Part shown: positions 1 to 12,724 of the stretch, in pieces
Layout of the letters: the number at the start of each line of letters is the position of its first letter
How positions within the stretch are numbered: the first letter of the stretch is position 1
NCBI GenBank assembly: GCA_002104905.1
Contig: MCFE01000303.1
Coordinates: 1 to 64,000, forward strand
Direction: 5' to 3'
Source: Basidiobolus meristosporus CBS 931.73
Lineage: Eukaryota; Fungi; Basidiobolomycota
Length of the DNA stretch: 64,000 bases
The notes under the pieces: model-generated
Seen by the model: the letters and a program-made list of their open reading frames with translations, nothing else
Told to the model about the DNA's origin: nothing
The model's database searches: none
Program-made: the position numbers and the translations under genes

Positions 1-46
1 AAGATTTCACCTACCTTGGTGGCTTTCCCTTCCCTAGCCCTAACCC

Positions 47-764
47 TTTTGCAGTAGTTGCAAAGCAGGTTGCTGTTGCCTTTGTAGGGTCTTGGGTACT
101 TCCTTTGTTGGTTATCATTGCTTATTAAAATATTTTCTTCTTCCTTCTTAATGGTACTTGATTTCCTTAATTCTTCATCCAGGAGCCTTCCATATACATA
201 ATTTAAGGTCAAATCTTCAGTTCTGGACTCTAGGGCTGATACAAGGCCCTGAAAGTTGTTTGTCAGGCTATTCAGGATGGTTACTATCACATCCTCATCA
301 GTAGTTGGTATGCCCACAGATATCATCTCATCCACCAGCAGGGTAATTCTGTTAATTAGATTTTTCATTTCTTCTCCTGGCAGTATCTTTGTAGTAGAGT
401 ATTTTTGTCTCAGATACATCTTCTTGGCAGCTGAACATGACTGGTAGGTGTCTTCTAATGCCTTCCAGGCATTCTTTGCTGATTTTGCTCTTGAGCATTG
501 AATTAGCAATTTGTCTTTAACATTGAGGCAAATGCAGTTAAAGGCACTTTGTTCTTTCTTCTGGTACTATGTGGCTTCCTCTCCCACATATTTAGGAGGG
601 GATTCTTCTCCCATGACAATATCCCAAAGGCCTCTTTCTTGTAGCAGCATCTTCATCTTCACCTTCCACACTTGGTAGTTGGATCTATCCAACTTTTCAG
701 CAGAGGGGAAAGTTCCAGTGATAGTGGTAGTAGACATGGTAGAGAGTGACAGCTTGGGGCTCAT
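47..764 (-). pseudogene. Ty1/copia gag remnant (UBN2-type) ending at the start of a zinc knuckle
   Basis: ORF 567-764 reads KLDRSNYQVWKVKMKMLLQERGLWDIV. After one TAG the frame continues AKNAWKALEDTY...KKMYLRQKY...ILNSL...LLDEE...CNYCK, typical of copia gag. CpG nearly absent. Confidence 0.85.
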
Positions 765-768
765 AGCC
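757..768 (-). promoter_or_regulatory. Copia primer-binding site
   Basis: Minus strand GGCTATGAGCCC directly follows the LTR end TTACAACA and resembles the GGTTATGGGCCC-type (tRNA-iMet fragment) PBS of copia elements. Confidence 0.6.
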
Positions 769-1094
769 TGTTGTAAGAGTCTTGGAGATATTGGATGTGA
801 CTTGGGAGGAAAAGTAGATCATGTGGTTTTCACTTAATGATTTATTGAATGTAAAAGTAGTATTTATACTTTTACCTGGTCTTGGCATTACAAACACATA
901 GAATAGGCTAAGTAAGGTCCCAAGAGCATGTGTGCAAAGTTTGGAGCTGTTTGGACAACTTTGGGAAATTTCATGTTCTGGGTACCTGGTATTTTGGTGA
1001 AAATATTCCAAGTAAATCCCAAATATGAATTTGGTCAGTATTCTCTAGGATTTGAAGGTAATGCTCCAAGTGAACAAGTTAGGTGAATATTTCA
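769..1094 (-). repeat. Copia LTR, copy 1 (right end uncertain)
   Basis: Starts TGTTGTAAGAG and aligns over about 320 bp with 43538-43885, more loosely with about 2054-2304. Confidence 0.8.
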
Positions 1095-1792
1095 GCTTCA
1101 GCTCCCAGCTGCCTCCTTCTACTCAAGCAGTCTGTCTTCCCTGTCCTGGAGCTTGGCTTACCACATCTCTCTCTTACTTCTAGAGGCTGCACTAAGCTTG
1201 GCAAGTTTGCAGTCTGGTACATTACCTCCTCAGTGCCTCATCTGCCTGAATGCCCCTACAGACATGCAATTCTTGGTGCTTTTGGCTTATGCCCTATAAG
1301 AACAGACTACTCTACCTTAGAACCAGATTATATCTCAGACTTCACCACTGCAACAACCCACTGATCAAGGCCTGGAAGAGAACACACCACACTACACCTG
1401 GTTCCTGCTGGAAAACTATACTTGGAGAACCTGATGTCAAGAGGTTTGCTCAATATATTCTGCAGTCAGAAAAACCCAAGCTGGCCTACCTGAAGTACTT
1501 GACAGACCTTTGGCAGCAATTTCTGAAACAGCACACTCCCTTTATGATGGATATCAATCCTTATCATATTCTTCTTATCTATATTGCTCACAAATCATTC
1601 TTACCCCTCTTGCTACCCCCCTTACCACTGAACAGTGTCTTGAGTACAGAAGAACTAGCATCTCTCCTTATTAACATACCTACAAATTCCCCTCAGTTAC
1701 ACACTCTTGTATCAAAGCTACAGCAGTAGCACTGGCATCTTTGTTTCAACTGAAATAAAGATTTCACCTGTTGGTGACTGTCTCCCCCCTAA
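1095..1792 (+). mobile_element. Unclassified CpG-depleted TE remnant (frameshifted ORF, AATAAA, C-rich 3' end)
   Basis: Overlapping ORFs 1083-1364 and 1250-1729. HLPECPY weakly recalls the non-LTR zf-RVT motif. AATAAA at 1754. The 3' end resembles window bases 1-45. Confidence 0.35.
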
Positions 1793-2304
1793 CAATTTTT
1801 CATTGATACTCAGACAGACAAGTTTTGAGGTATTTTGCTCTTTCTTCTGACTTGTGAGGGCTTTTTCTTCTACAGCTTTAATAGGGCATTCTTCTTCTAT
1901 AGCAATAATTCAGAGACCTCTTTCCTGTAGCATGATCTTCATCCGCACCTTCCAAACTTAGCAGTTGGATCTATCCAACTTTTATCAATGGAAATCATTC
2001 TGGTAGTATGAGTAGTACACATTCCAGAGAGTGACAGCTCGGTGCTCATGGACTATTATAAGGGTTCTGGCAATATTAGAAGTGATTGGGGGAACTAGTT
2101 TGTTATATGGACTGCTCTTGATGATTTATTTAATGTAAAAGTGATATTTACATTTTAACATGATATTGGCAAAGTAAACACGTACAATATGCCTAGGAAG
2201 GCCCCAAGAGCATGTGTGCAAAGTTTGGGCCATCGAACAGATTTGAGAATTTTCATATTTAGGGTACCTAGTATTGTGGTTAATATCCTAGGTGAATCAC
2301 AACA
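1790..2304 (-). mobile_element. Second, more decayed copia fragment (gag start plus LTR)
   Basis: 1790-2050 is homologous to 520-765. About 2054-2304 is homologous to the LTR (shared CCCAAGAGCATGTGTGCAAAGT) and ends CACAACA. Confidence 0.75.
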
Positions 2305-4254
2305 AAGAATAGCCATGATTCATAAGCTTTGATCCCAGTGACAAAGTTAGTGGAATATCCGGGGGTAATTGCAAATTTTATAACAGAATGTGAATCAAGG
2401 CTGGTGTGTACGGCATAACTAACACACATAAAGAACAGAATTGCTTCAATTTGTATTACTAGAGAGCGTGTTCTCAATGGCCTACTGTATTGAACGTTAC
2501 GCCCGCCATTTTTAGATTGATATAACAACTTCTCATAATGACTCTTCAAGCAATGAACTATATTGTTAATTATTACTATAGGTCGACAAGCACAGCTACC
2601 TGATAAATGAACTGCGAGAACTGAGGTTTGTTTAAAGAATAATGATGATCATCTGTTGTTGAATTAATGCAAGCATGTGACTGTCACTCTAGGCAGTAAT
2701 GAAACGACTTTTCCAATAGAAGTGTCGGGATATGCACCTAGGCAACTGAATCGGGCGATATATGGGCCTTGCCAAGTCGAGGCCATCAACACCGAATTTA
2801 CGGAGCGAATCCCAAGCGCCACTTAGCTCACTTCACTGCATTATATGACATACATACAATCGTGCAGACAACAAAACTGCTTGTTTAATATTGCCGACAG
2901 TACATCAAATTGGCAGGTTTCTGTGGCAACAACTGATCCTGATACTCTACAGCCACCGTGGCTCAACCCATCCCTGGCGGCAATCCTGATGGCATGGGTT
3001 GGGGTAGAGGTATCCCACCCTCATCGAGGATTGTGAATGCTGAGAGTCGATCCATCATATTGGTTTCATGTGCCATCGAGTGGTATTGGTGTGTGCTCAG
3101 GGCAGGTCTTAAAGGGTTCGACACATCTGACGGATCGAACCACCCCATCATTACCTAAGGAAAGGTATCTGAATGTCCCTTTAGGAATCCACGCAACAGC
3201 GGTAATAATTCATAGATAGCTGCATATACTGCAGAAAAGTTCTTCATGCCGATGAAGAGAAGCCCCTATGCTATCCAGAACCTAACTTAGTTTTTAGAGC
3301 GTGCTTCCGCACTTTCCTACTGAACCAGTTTCGAGGGGCATGATTGAATAAGTACTCCTTTTGATATAAGGCTGCCACTTCAGCCTCGACATCGAGCACC
3401 TCATCATCGACGCATGCCCGATGGGAAGATCGGAGTTTTGCAAATTTATGAGCATTCAATGAGGCTGTTAATCATGATCCTTGGCTTTGAATAAAGAATG
3501 ATGTATCAGCAAAGGGGTGACTGATACTACAATCAGATAAATGTGTGAAGGTCATCGGGGCTTGCATAGGTGAACTTCGATTAATGTAGATTCACGTAAT
3601 TTAATTTGTTTTGCCAGCGCGCTCAAGGAATTGATCACGCTGATACCGAGAGTCACCGGCCCACTCATAGCCATCACTGCGGCTCCATCAGGTTGGATGG
3701 TTGAAATGTAGCTGTCTACTCATTCCATCTGGCATCGGCCATCGTAATTCGTGGCTAACCGCGATCTCGATTTGCAATCTATTACGATGAAGAATAACTG
3801 GATTCAATGAGACCTAATGAGGTATTTGATTCAACGCTTGATGACATGCGACATACCCTCTGATCGGATTTTTACTAGTCCTTGCGACGATTTCAAGCGC
3901 AATGTGTATTTTCTCCTCACCGGAATGGGAGCCTGATTGAGCGTAGTAGAAGCAACTATTATATTGGTGGAATGTTTTGGGTTTCTTTGTATTTGAATCG
4001 TTGTTTAATGTTTCCTTCCAAATCGAGATAGTTATTCCAGCGTTCAGTGATTCGGAAGCGTGCCCTCTATAAGAATCCTCCTCGCCCTCCAATTTACTCG
4101 CAAGTTAGAGCCAAGGCTTTACTTACTTTACGCCTGCTGAGATAGTTGTATAAATCAGTCATCAAATTCAGATCCTTAGCTTATTCGCTTGTACATTTGA
4201 TCATTTCGAGTCCCAGTAATAATTGCCCTACTTCCTTTTCACTTCGACCTGAGA

Positions 4255-5625
4255 ATGCTAGAACAGGCTTCAAAGCTGAGTTATCCAGCTGAATATCTGC
4301 TCATCCCGGACGATGCACTAAAGATTCTAGTCTGTTCTCACTGCACCGAGCCATTTAATCAACCAGTTACTCTAGATTGTGGGAATTCTCTTTGTTTGGC
4401 TTGTTTGTCGCAAATTCGCAATGACACTCAAAAGAACCCATGTGCCATCGCCACTTGCACAGCGAGTCACAACTATATGCGGGAGATTCACGTCGATGTG
4501 GTTTTGGCGGAACTAACTAAAATATGCCTTAACGAAGCTGAAAGCACAGTCCCCACCATTGAGGAATGTGATTATAATCAAAGCCTGCAAAACGAAGAGG
4601 GATACAGCGAGTGCCGCGCAGAGAGGGTGCCAGGTAGCCCCGGAGTCCCGAAGTTTACTGATCTGCTGTCAACAGAGATGGAGTGCCAAATCTGCTACCA
4701 AACCTTCTTTGAGCCCGTGACCACGATATGCGGACATACATTTTGTCTTGGGTGTTTGCAAAGAACATATGATCATCAGGATAAATGTCCGATGTGTAGA
4801 CACCAGTTAACCTATGATGAGGTTAGTCATCCTTGCATCAACCATACCCTTACCAAGATGTTGCATCTGTGTCTGCCTGACGTTATGATGGAGCGAAAAC
4901 GACAGCTTGACCTCGAAATTAGTCAGGCAACTGAGGAGGTTCCTCTGTTTGTTTGTTCGTTGGTATTCCCTGGGATGCCTTGTCATCTTCACATATTTGA
5001 GCCGAAGTATCGCCTGATGATTCGAAGGTGCATGGAATCCCGACTTCGTCAGTTTGGAATGCTACTTCCTGGGAAACATGGTAAACCTTTCGTAAACTAC
5101 GGCACAATGCTGAAGATAAAGTCTATTGAGTCTCTTCCGGACGGCAGATCAATAGTACAAACTGTTGGGTTGTACAGATTCAAGATCAAAGAACACTGGA
5201 ATAGAGATGGCTACTTTATCGGCAAAGTGGAGAGAATTGAAGACGACCCTTCTATGGAGAATACCACATCGGAGCCACCTTCTGTCGATTCCGAAAACTC
5301 ATCTTCTTTGCCCTCTTTGGTCGCGGAGGAATCACCCGCCTCGCCAGAAGAAATGGTTTCAATCGTTAAGGGGTTCATGAACTCGTTAAGAAATGGGTCT
5401 GCTCCATGGCTATTGCAGAGACTGGATAGCACGTATGGAGATATGCCCAACGAGCCGGAGGAATTTTCGTTTTGGGCGGCCAGTGTCATACCCATTGACG
5501 AATACGAAAAATACAAACTGCTTACCACCACAAGTACCAAACTTCGCCTACGTATGATAGTTCACTGGACTGAACTATTTAGAGAACAATGGTGGTTTTC
5601 CCGTGGGGGTTGTGCCACAATGTAA
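4255..5625 (+). CDS. LONRF: LON peptidase N-terminal domain and RING finger protein (LONRF-like E3 ligase)
   Basis: 456-aa ORF with two RING-type Cys patterns (CSHC...CGNSLCLAC; CQIC...CGHTFCLGC...CPMC), then PLFVCSLVFPGMPCHLHIFEPKYRLMIRRC, the LON substrate-binding domain start. Confidence 0.92.
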   Translation: MLEQASKLSYPAEYLLIPDDALKILVCSHCTEPFNQPVTLDCGNSLCLACLSQIRNDTQKNPCAIATCTASHNYMREIHVDVVLAELTKICLNEAESTVPTIEECDYNQSLQNEEGYSECRAERVPGSPGVPKFTDLLSTEMECQICYQTFFEPVTTICGHTFCLGCLQRTYDHQDKCPMCRHQLTYDEVSHPCINHTLTKMLHLCLPDVMMERKRQLDLEISQATEEVPLFVCSLVFPGMPCHLHIFEPKYRLMIRRCMESRLRQFGMLLPGKHGKPFVNYGTMLKIKSIESLPDGRSIVQTVGLYRFKIKEHWNRDGYFIGKVERIEDDPSMENTTSEPPSVDSENSSSLPSLVAEESPASPEEMVSIVKGFMNSLRNGSAPWLLQRLDSTYGDMPNEPEEFSFWAASVIPIDEYEKYKLLTTTSTKLRLRMIVHWTELFREQWWFSRGGCATM

Positions 5626-6205
5626 TACCACTCGAAAACGTAATGTGCCTTCAAACGCAAGCATACGGCCAGCTACCTTTCTTTTGGAGGGTCCTTAAAC
5701 ACCATTATATATAATGTATATGTATATACTTCAATGTGAATCCTGAATTCTCTCCAAGCACCCATTCACCTCTACCCTTGTCTCCACTCATATTCTACTA
5801 ACATACATTCTACCCATTCAACAATCCATAATTGGCCAAAAAGCACCTGTGAGTTTGGAGCCCACACTAACATGATATATAAAGAGTTCGCATATACGCA
5901 CTCGTCAACCAGTAATTTATTGAACAGCGATGTTCTTATTGAATTAACTTCCATGGCAAAACAAACCAAGTGCTATGTCCAGCAATGGTAGGCAAGTAGA
6001 TTGTTTGCTATGCAACATGTAAACAATATCTGCTATAATTCAATCCGATATGAATGATCATAACATTGTATTTCGTCACTTTCGCACGGACGCCCAAACT
6101 CACTTCACTGACAACCAAAGACGAATTGCACCAATCTAACACTCCAACTAAATGTACACTAAAAGTCAAGCAGGTATTCTTTATCCAAACAAGTGAAGTC
6201 TAAGC

Positions 6206-7954
6206 TTAGGATTCAGTTAAATGTAACATATCTAACGATTTGATGATTTTTTCCATCTCCTCTTTGACCACCTCTCGCTCCTGTTCACAATGATATGAAT
6301 CCCATTCTAAACTGGACGTTAGCTCAGGAGATAGTCGAGGCGATACTTGTGAAGAAACGGCTTGCGAGGTAGGATAATCATACACGGTTGTAGCTCTTGC
6401 CGAACATAGAGGCGTACTGCAACTCTGACTTTTGGATGAATAAGGACTTGGATTAACAGAGCTTCCTACAGGCTGACTGAGTATTCTGTGCAGTGCCAAA
6501 AATAGGTCCAAATATCTCGATAAATCCTGAGTGCTATGATGAATTTCCTGCGTAAGACACTGGTTTTCAACATGGGATCGTGAAAGAGCCATACGAAGGC
6601 TTTGCATCTCTTGGAGAAACAAAGAGCCTAGGTCTGACTCGTCATTGAGCGGATGAATATTGGGATGTCTCAGCTTTTCCTCTCTATTCAGTGGGGAGGC
6701 TGGCTCTGCTGCATCATTGTCTGATTTAAGACTGATAAGTTCCTCTTCCTTCCTCCTTAGCTCTTCAATTAGGCCATTCCTTTGTTCCGTCATTTCTTCC
6801 AACTCCAACTGATACATGACTCCATTCTCTTCAAGCTCAATGAGGACTTCCTTGATGGTGGAGAGTTCTTCTTGTGTTTGCCGTAAATCTTCCGCAATCA
6901 TATTAATGTTGATTTTCGCTGTCGCTGAATTTGAATGCTCCGCTGTGGGACCTGGCTCAGTCGGCAGAGGTGCATGCCCGTGTTCCTGCGCGTTCTCTTT
7001 TGGAAGCGAAGACTCCACTGAATTACTAAGATTATTTATGATACTACAAGCAGCCTTTGTTTCTTTACAATGCTTTTCGGAACCTGAATTACTGTCAATA
7101 CCCTCCTCAGGAGAACATATACTATTACACGACTTTCGACCCCCATAGAGTTCCAATTTTCGAAGTTGGCTAGTTAGCTCTTCATTTCTACTTTGGAGTG
7201 TGAGAATCCTATCAACCATCTCATGGCTTCCTTCGATCAGGTTCGTTACTTTGGAAACAAAACCATCGAGATTGAACTTGAACGATTTGGGGCTCGGGCT
7301 TTCTTCTGCTGACTTATTTTCCCCGTGGGAAGGAAAGAGGAAATCAGGAATCCGGAAGTATAAACTCTGCAACGATCTGGTAGTCTTCTCGTTTAGCTCT
7401 TGTAAGAAATCGATATCTTGTACGGCCTCAACGAGCTGATTTTGAAGGGCTTTGATTTGCCTCTTACTATCGTCCAACTCAGTGTTCATCTGGTCGAACT
7501 TCAAACCCTGAGAATCAAAACGCGCCATTTGCGTTTCGATTTCCTCTCGTCTATGCCGCTCTCTTTCGGCCTCTCGTCGGTATCGCTCCTTTTCAAGAAG
7601 TGCAGGCTGTAGTGTTTTCTGTACCAGACTTCTGATGTCTATCTCAGAAGTGGTACTCTTGTTGAAAAGCTCGTTTTCTAGATGCTCCGCCCGTAATCGA
7701 TATTTGGCCACTTCGTGACGTAGCCTCCTATTCTCTGCCAATTGCTGGTCAACGTGAAGCTCAGCGTCTTCATAAATTTCCAACTGATCATAAATGGATT
7801 TGGGTGAGAGTGACAAGATCGGAGAGGACTGGGAAGAACATAGTGAGGGTGATGAAGGAACCGAGGTTGCAGCCAGGTACCGATTAGCAGGCTTTGAAGA
7901 TCCAATTAGGGAAGCCTCGTGTATTGGTGTACTGTTTTTGCCAAAGTGAGCCAT
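6206..7954 (-). CDS. Hypothetical coiled-coil protein
   Basis: Long open frame with Ser-rich N-terminus and several E/K/R/L-rich heptad stretches. First plausible ATG is at 7954 (MAHFGK). No family recognised. Confidence 0.7.
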   Translation of the reverse strand: MAHFGKNSTPIHEASLIGSSKPANRYLAATSVPSSPSLCSSQSSPILSLSPKSIYDQLEIYEDAELHVDQQLAENRRLRHEVAKYRLRAEHLENELFNKSTTSEIDIRSLVQKTLQPALLEKERYRREAERERHRREEIETQMARFDSQGLKFDQMNTELDDSKRQIKALQNQLVEAVQDIDFLQELNEKTTRSLQSLYFRIPDFLFPSHGENKSAEESPSPKSFKFNLDGFVSKVTNLIEGSHEMVDRILTLQSRNEELTSQLRKLELYGGRKSCNSICSPEEGIDSNSGSEKHCKETKAACSIINNLSNSVESSLPKENAQEHGHAPLPTEPGPTAEHSNSATAKININMIAEDLRQTQEELSTIKEVLIELEENGVMYQLELEEMTEQRNGLIEELRRKEEELISLKSDNDAAEPASPLNREEKLRHPNIHPLNDESDLGSLFLQEMQSLRMALSRSHVENQCLTQEIHHSTQDLSRYLDLFLALHRILSQPVGSSVNPSPYSSKSQSCSTPLCSARATTVYDYPTSQAVSSQVSPRLSPELTSSLEWDSYHCEQEREVVKEEMEKIIKSLDMLHLTES

Positions 7955-9581
7955 TAGTGATACATCACTCAAGTATAAAGACGACGTAGTGAAAACAGTA
8001 AGCACAGAGAACTGGGTGAATTCTAATGAAGTGTGGGTGACCGTTGATATGATGTGCTGGTTTTGTCTTTCAAACACTTTTGCAATCCTCCGTTCTACTG
8101 GAAACGCTACAGTAACAGTGTATAGGTTGAAGGCCAACACACTGCTGTCGAAACAGCCTTTTAAATAGACGTACTCATGGCATGCTATGAAGAGATGATT
8201 AAAACTCTTAAACTGCAATCAATACTTAATTGTGCTCGGGAAGTGTATTGACCCATACAAATAACAAGTGTCGAAACAACCTCAATGTGCATTGTTAATA
8301 TTCCGCTAGAGGCGAAATATAAATGGAAATTTCCATATTCTGCGGGATCCAATCATCATTAATCCCAACATGAATGGCACTTTGAGATTTAGTCATGTTC
8401 GTCCTCAAGGATGTGATTCAAGAGCGCAAGATAATATGTTCTCCAGCGCCACCGACACCAACCGCCGCTTGCCATCGTCTGTAGCAAGTCGGCGCATGAT
8501 TGCCGTTCGGCATTAGTTTCAGATCTAAAGTGATTCGTACCACCAACGACAATTACACATAGAGAGAGATGCGACAATAGGCAAATGGAAGTTTCCTCTT
8601 GTGAAGATGCATGTATGGGAAGCGTTGGATATGGCCAGGCTGCGATCCCAAAAAATGTGCTGAAACGAACTGGCGCTTGAAGCATCGTCAACAATCACCA
8701 AGCGTCCAAGGAACCTTGGCCGTTGGGGTTCACGTGGACATTATATCCAGTTACCTAATTGGGGGATTTGGAGATATGCACCAATTAATGCTCTCGAATT
8801 AGCTAAATGACATTATGCGTCCCCGCAAACCCAGCTCGGATTGTAACTAACTAAAGGCTTCGAGAGCAGTACCTAGAACAGAGTAGCAGAAAGCAATCAC
8901 CGCGGCTCGCATGTACGACGGAGGCCCGCTATTTATTTAGCCCGACAAGGAAAGGCACTGGCTTCAGCCTGACAGCGACTGTCTCCACCTGAGCCTCGAA
9001 GTGTTACAGGCTCTGCCTCTGATGCCTGCCGCCAGCCACCACTGTGCCAGTAGTTTCAAACCGACCTGTACATAATAATCATAGCCGCCAAATGGGGTTG
9101 GTGTATGAAGCGCTCTAAAATTGGACCCGAATTCGCTTCATATGGAATCATATTAATTTTTCCATTGAATTACCCATCGCATATCAATAATAGATACTGT
9201 TCCTAGGCCCCATGAATCCTGACCAATGGCCCTCTATTCACAACAGACATGCGATTGTGCTGATGGCAATTTAAAACATTAAACAAGGTGCTCAATGCTA
9301 AATATGAATTGTAAGCCTTTGCTAAAGTAGTCATGTTTTGAGGCGTCAGATCAAAGGTTGAGCTCTGGTCGTAGATGATTGGGTGATGTCATGCATCAAA
9401 TCCGGGATGACCCAATGGCTGAGTCATGGCACAGGGTGATATATATTAATTTGTATCTTATCTGGCAAAATGCCGAAAAATCATCTAAATCCATCAGCCA
9501 TTAATCCTTAATTTCGTACCCTCTTTTCATCGTTATAATTCCGCCTCAACACGCAGCTCCACTTTGTCTTCACAATTCGGC

Positions 9582-10916
9582 ATGTTTTTCCCCCTTCGAA
9601 AGATAGTTGTGGTGCTGGGCACTTTTTTTGGTTTCTACCTGCTGCTGAAGATAGCCTCTCCTTTTCAATCACAGTCCAGTAAAGTACCAACCCTGTACAA
9701 GCTACGGGTCAAACCTGATGAGAAATTCGTAACTTACCTATCCCACAGTGGATTCCATAACCAGAGAATCGAGCTAGAGAACGCTCTCTTCTTGGCCAAG
9801 AAGCTCAATCGTTCTCTCTTGCTTCCTCCCGCAATGCTCGGCCCTCCTTTGCCCTGGAGACCGTTTAACGTGTTGCATGACTGGCTGCTCTCGAAGACCA
9901 AGAAGGGTCTGGACCACTGTAAGAAACTCAGTTTACGTGAGCTCCCTCTGGAATGTGCCGGGTACGAAACCTGGTCGAAGCTTCCGTGGACGTATTTCTT
10001 CGACCTGAATCCCTTGCTACGCGAGGTCCGGATATATCAGCGAGAGGAGTTTGATTACGACGAACTACAACAGTTTGGCATCCATTCCTTCGATGATATC
10101 CATTACATCAAAGACCAATCTACATATGATTACATGATCCTGGACCAGAAGAATGATACAATCCCTCTGAAGAACTACAATCGTCAGATTACAATTGACG
10201 AGCTGGGTAAGATTGATGCCAAGTTGCTCTACTTTGGGTCGATCTTCGGCACCACCCGAGTTCAAGCCACCACCCCGAAGACCAAGCAGGAATTCAACGG
10301 GCTTAGAGACCGCATTATCTACAATACCGAGCCTGTGTTGAGCGTTACTAAGAAGATTGTCAAGAAGCTAGGAGGATCCGAAAACTTCTACGGCATCCAT
10401 CTACGCACATCTGATTATTTCTTTGCTGAGAATTTGGAGGAGAATGTGGGGGTTACGGTTGATAATATGCAACAGGCCCTATCAGCTCGCGCCAAGAACA
10501 AGTACTACCCGGACCCCAAACCATCGGAAGTTACAACTTACGATCCCAGGGCCCCGCCCACGCTTAAAGAATGCCTGAACAGACCTCGCCATGTATCCTT
10601 CGCCTCCCCCATCATATATTTGGCAACCGATGCCCGTAACATTCGCCAGTCCAAAGTAATCCGCCCACTCTTGACTGCTTTCCCGTGCACCTTTATTCTG
10701 GATGATTTCAAATCCGATCTATTTGAACTCTCTCACCAAAGAAATCCGCAGGACGAAATTGTACTCACCCCACACTTGATACCTATGGTAGACGCAACCG
10801 TAGCTTCCAGAGGGAAGTTCTTTGTTGGCACCCCCAAATCCACCTTCTCGAAGTACACCCGACGTCTCCACAATGTTTACTTTGGCAGGGAAGATCCCAT
10901 CAAGTTTTTGGTCTAG
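9582..10916 (+). CDS. O-fucosyltransferase-like glycosyltransferase (fungal CigA-like), type II membrane protein
   Basis: N-terminal TM anchor, TYLSHSGFHNQRIELENALFLAKKLNRSLLLPP, GIHLRTSD, IYLATD and FVGTPKSTFS, matching the GT-B O-FucT motif layout. Confidence 0.8.
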   Translation: MFFPLRKIVVVLGTFFGFYLLLKIASPFQSQSSKVPTLYKLRVKPDEKFVTYLSHSGFHNQRIELENALFLAKKLNRSLLLPPAMLGPPLPWRPFNVLHDWLLSKTKKGLDHCKKLSLRELPLECAGYETWSKLPWTYFFDLNPLLREVRIYQREEFDYDELQQFGIHSFDDIHYIKDQSTYDYMILDQKNDTIPLKNYNRQITIDELGKIDAKLLYFGSIFGTTRVQATTPKTKQEFNGLRDRIIYNTEPVLSVTKKIVKKLGGSENFYGIHLRTSDYFFAENLEENVGVTVDNMQQALSARAKNKYYPDPKPSEVTTYDPRAPPTLKECLNRPRHVSFASPIIYLATDARNIRQSKVIRPLLTAFPCTFILDDFKSDLFELSHQRNPQDEIVLTPHLIPMVDATVASRGKFFVGTPKSTFSKYTRRLHNVYFGREDPIKFLV

Positions 10917-11033
10917 CACGTCCGCTACACAGCAGTACTGAGAAATTTCTACAGATCTATCCTGTATCCAGCAGCTGAGCACTCAGATCCTTAACCAGGG
11001 GTCCAGTTTCAATTCCATCCTCTTTCACACCTT

Positions 11034-11057
11034 GGTTACGGTTACGGTTACGGTTAC
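11034..11057. repeat. (GGTTAC)4 microsatellite
   Basis: Four perfect hexamer copies read directly. Confidence 0.9.
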
Positions 11058-11752
11058 ACTTACATTCCCTATACAATCGCCTTCATTTTTTATAAACGAG
11101 CGTGGCGAGCCTCTCTCCGCTTTTGTATAAACTCCAATAAATTCCAACCCATCTAAGCTCAACGTCTGACCTCCCACCAAGATGGCTTGGCGTGATAGGC
11201 AGTGACGGGGATCATGCAACGATTGGTCTGCTTGATGAAATGATAACCAATGGTAGTAACGTCCAGCAGGGCCGTATGGCGGTACTATATTAGTGACATG
11301 GTGATCATTCAAATATCGCCATATCAGTACTGAATGAGATGTGTCTCCTTGATCCTCGCCAAGAAATATCAATATGGGAAAACTTATTCCTAATCACCCC
11401 AACAACCCCCACCCTTGAGCTACATTATTACAGTATGAACTCATGGTGACCCGTCCCTTGTTGTGGCTAGGTTCAAAAGCTGTTTATTAGATTTCCTAAT
11501 TCAAAATTTCTGGATGGATCTTGGATAATAAGAATGAATATAAACACTATGAAGTTGTAAATATGATCAAAATGAATCGCTGTAAGGTACCAACGAAGAC
11601 GATGAGCGAATGATTGTGCGGGCGATATGAGCAGATTAATCAACAACCAACAGACTGCGCTTGGTGTATGGAGATCATACGATGGCACGAAAACGCACCT
11701 ACTGTACGCAGGGATTTCTTCCTTTTAGTACCGCTCTCTGGGCGAAAGATGT

Positions 11753-12724
11753 TCAGCATTCCTCATCCTTCATTTCATCCCAGTCCCCGGCCTCCACATC
11801 AAGTTGACCCTTCTTTTTCCTCTTACCCATGAAGGTTAGCATGAATGGCACTGCGGAAATAAGGAACAGTTTCCCAATAAACCACGGGTTCAGTATGTCT
11901 GATAGTGAGTTTACTTCAGATAGCATCTGGCCCGCCTCGACTGTGACAAAGTTGTAGGGAATAATTCCGAGCATGCACGTCAAGAAGAACACCCAGACCG
12001 GGACTCCGACAAATGGCGACACGATATTGATCAGCCTAAAAAACGTTATGTTGTTAGCAGCGACCTTCAGCACCCGCTGATATCTGACTCACCAGTATGG
12101 CGTGAGAGGGAAAAGCCGAATGGTCAACAAGTACAGGAACATAGAGGAGCGATTCTCCTCGATTTGCCCACGAATCTTGGATAGATGTCGGGGAATGTAG
12201 TATTCAAGAATGTCTCCGCCAGCAAAGTAAAATATGTAATAGCAGAGGGTTGATCCAACGGCGGTTAGTAGACAAAGCAGGGGAACACTGGGCATTCCAT
12301 ACAACGCACCGGCAATCAGATTCTAGATCGAGTGCACGAGATGTTACGGGGACATGTATGGGTTCTAGCGAGTTGGATATGAACATACCAGAAGGATAGA
12401 GCCAGGCACGCAGAAGGTTTGCTTCCACAGGTACAGGAGCAGGAAGATCACGAAGATTTTTTGGTGATTCTCCTCGCCCTGGTCGGTGAATCCTTTCAAT
12501 ACCTGCACATCGTATTTCGTCTCTTCCAGGTTAGAGGGAAGATCGAGGCCAGGAATGGTCGTGACCATGAAAAGAATGCAAATCAGGCTGAAAACGGCCA
12601 AGCAAATAATACACGCTACGCGAAGGATGATGCTTGTGCTGAGCATCTTTCTCGTTGAAAGTCTGTAGGCAGCGGACGCCATGCCTGCCTCGGTGGTATT
12701 CACTCGCTGGAATACACCTCTCAT
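11753..12724 (-). CDS. TMEM41/TVP38 family (SNARE-associated, VTT/DedA domain) membrane protein, 3 exons
   Basis: Removing introns 12323-12388 and 12036-12092 (GT-AG) joins KQTFCVPGSILL-NLIAGALYG and RLFPLTPYW-LINIVSP...GIIPYNF. Start could be 12724 or 12682. Confidence 0.88.

Noticed and set aside
8389-8802. Short ORFs between the coiled-coil and glycosyltransferase genes
   Set aside because: No motifs or splice structure that I could support.
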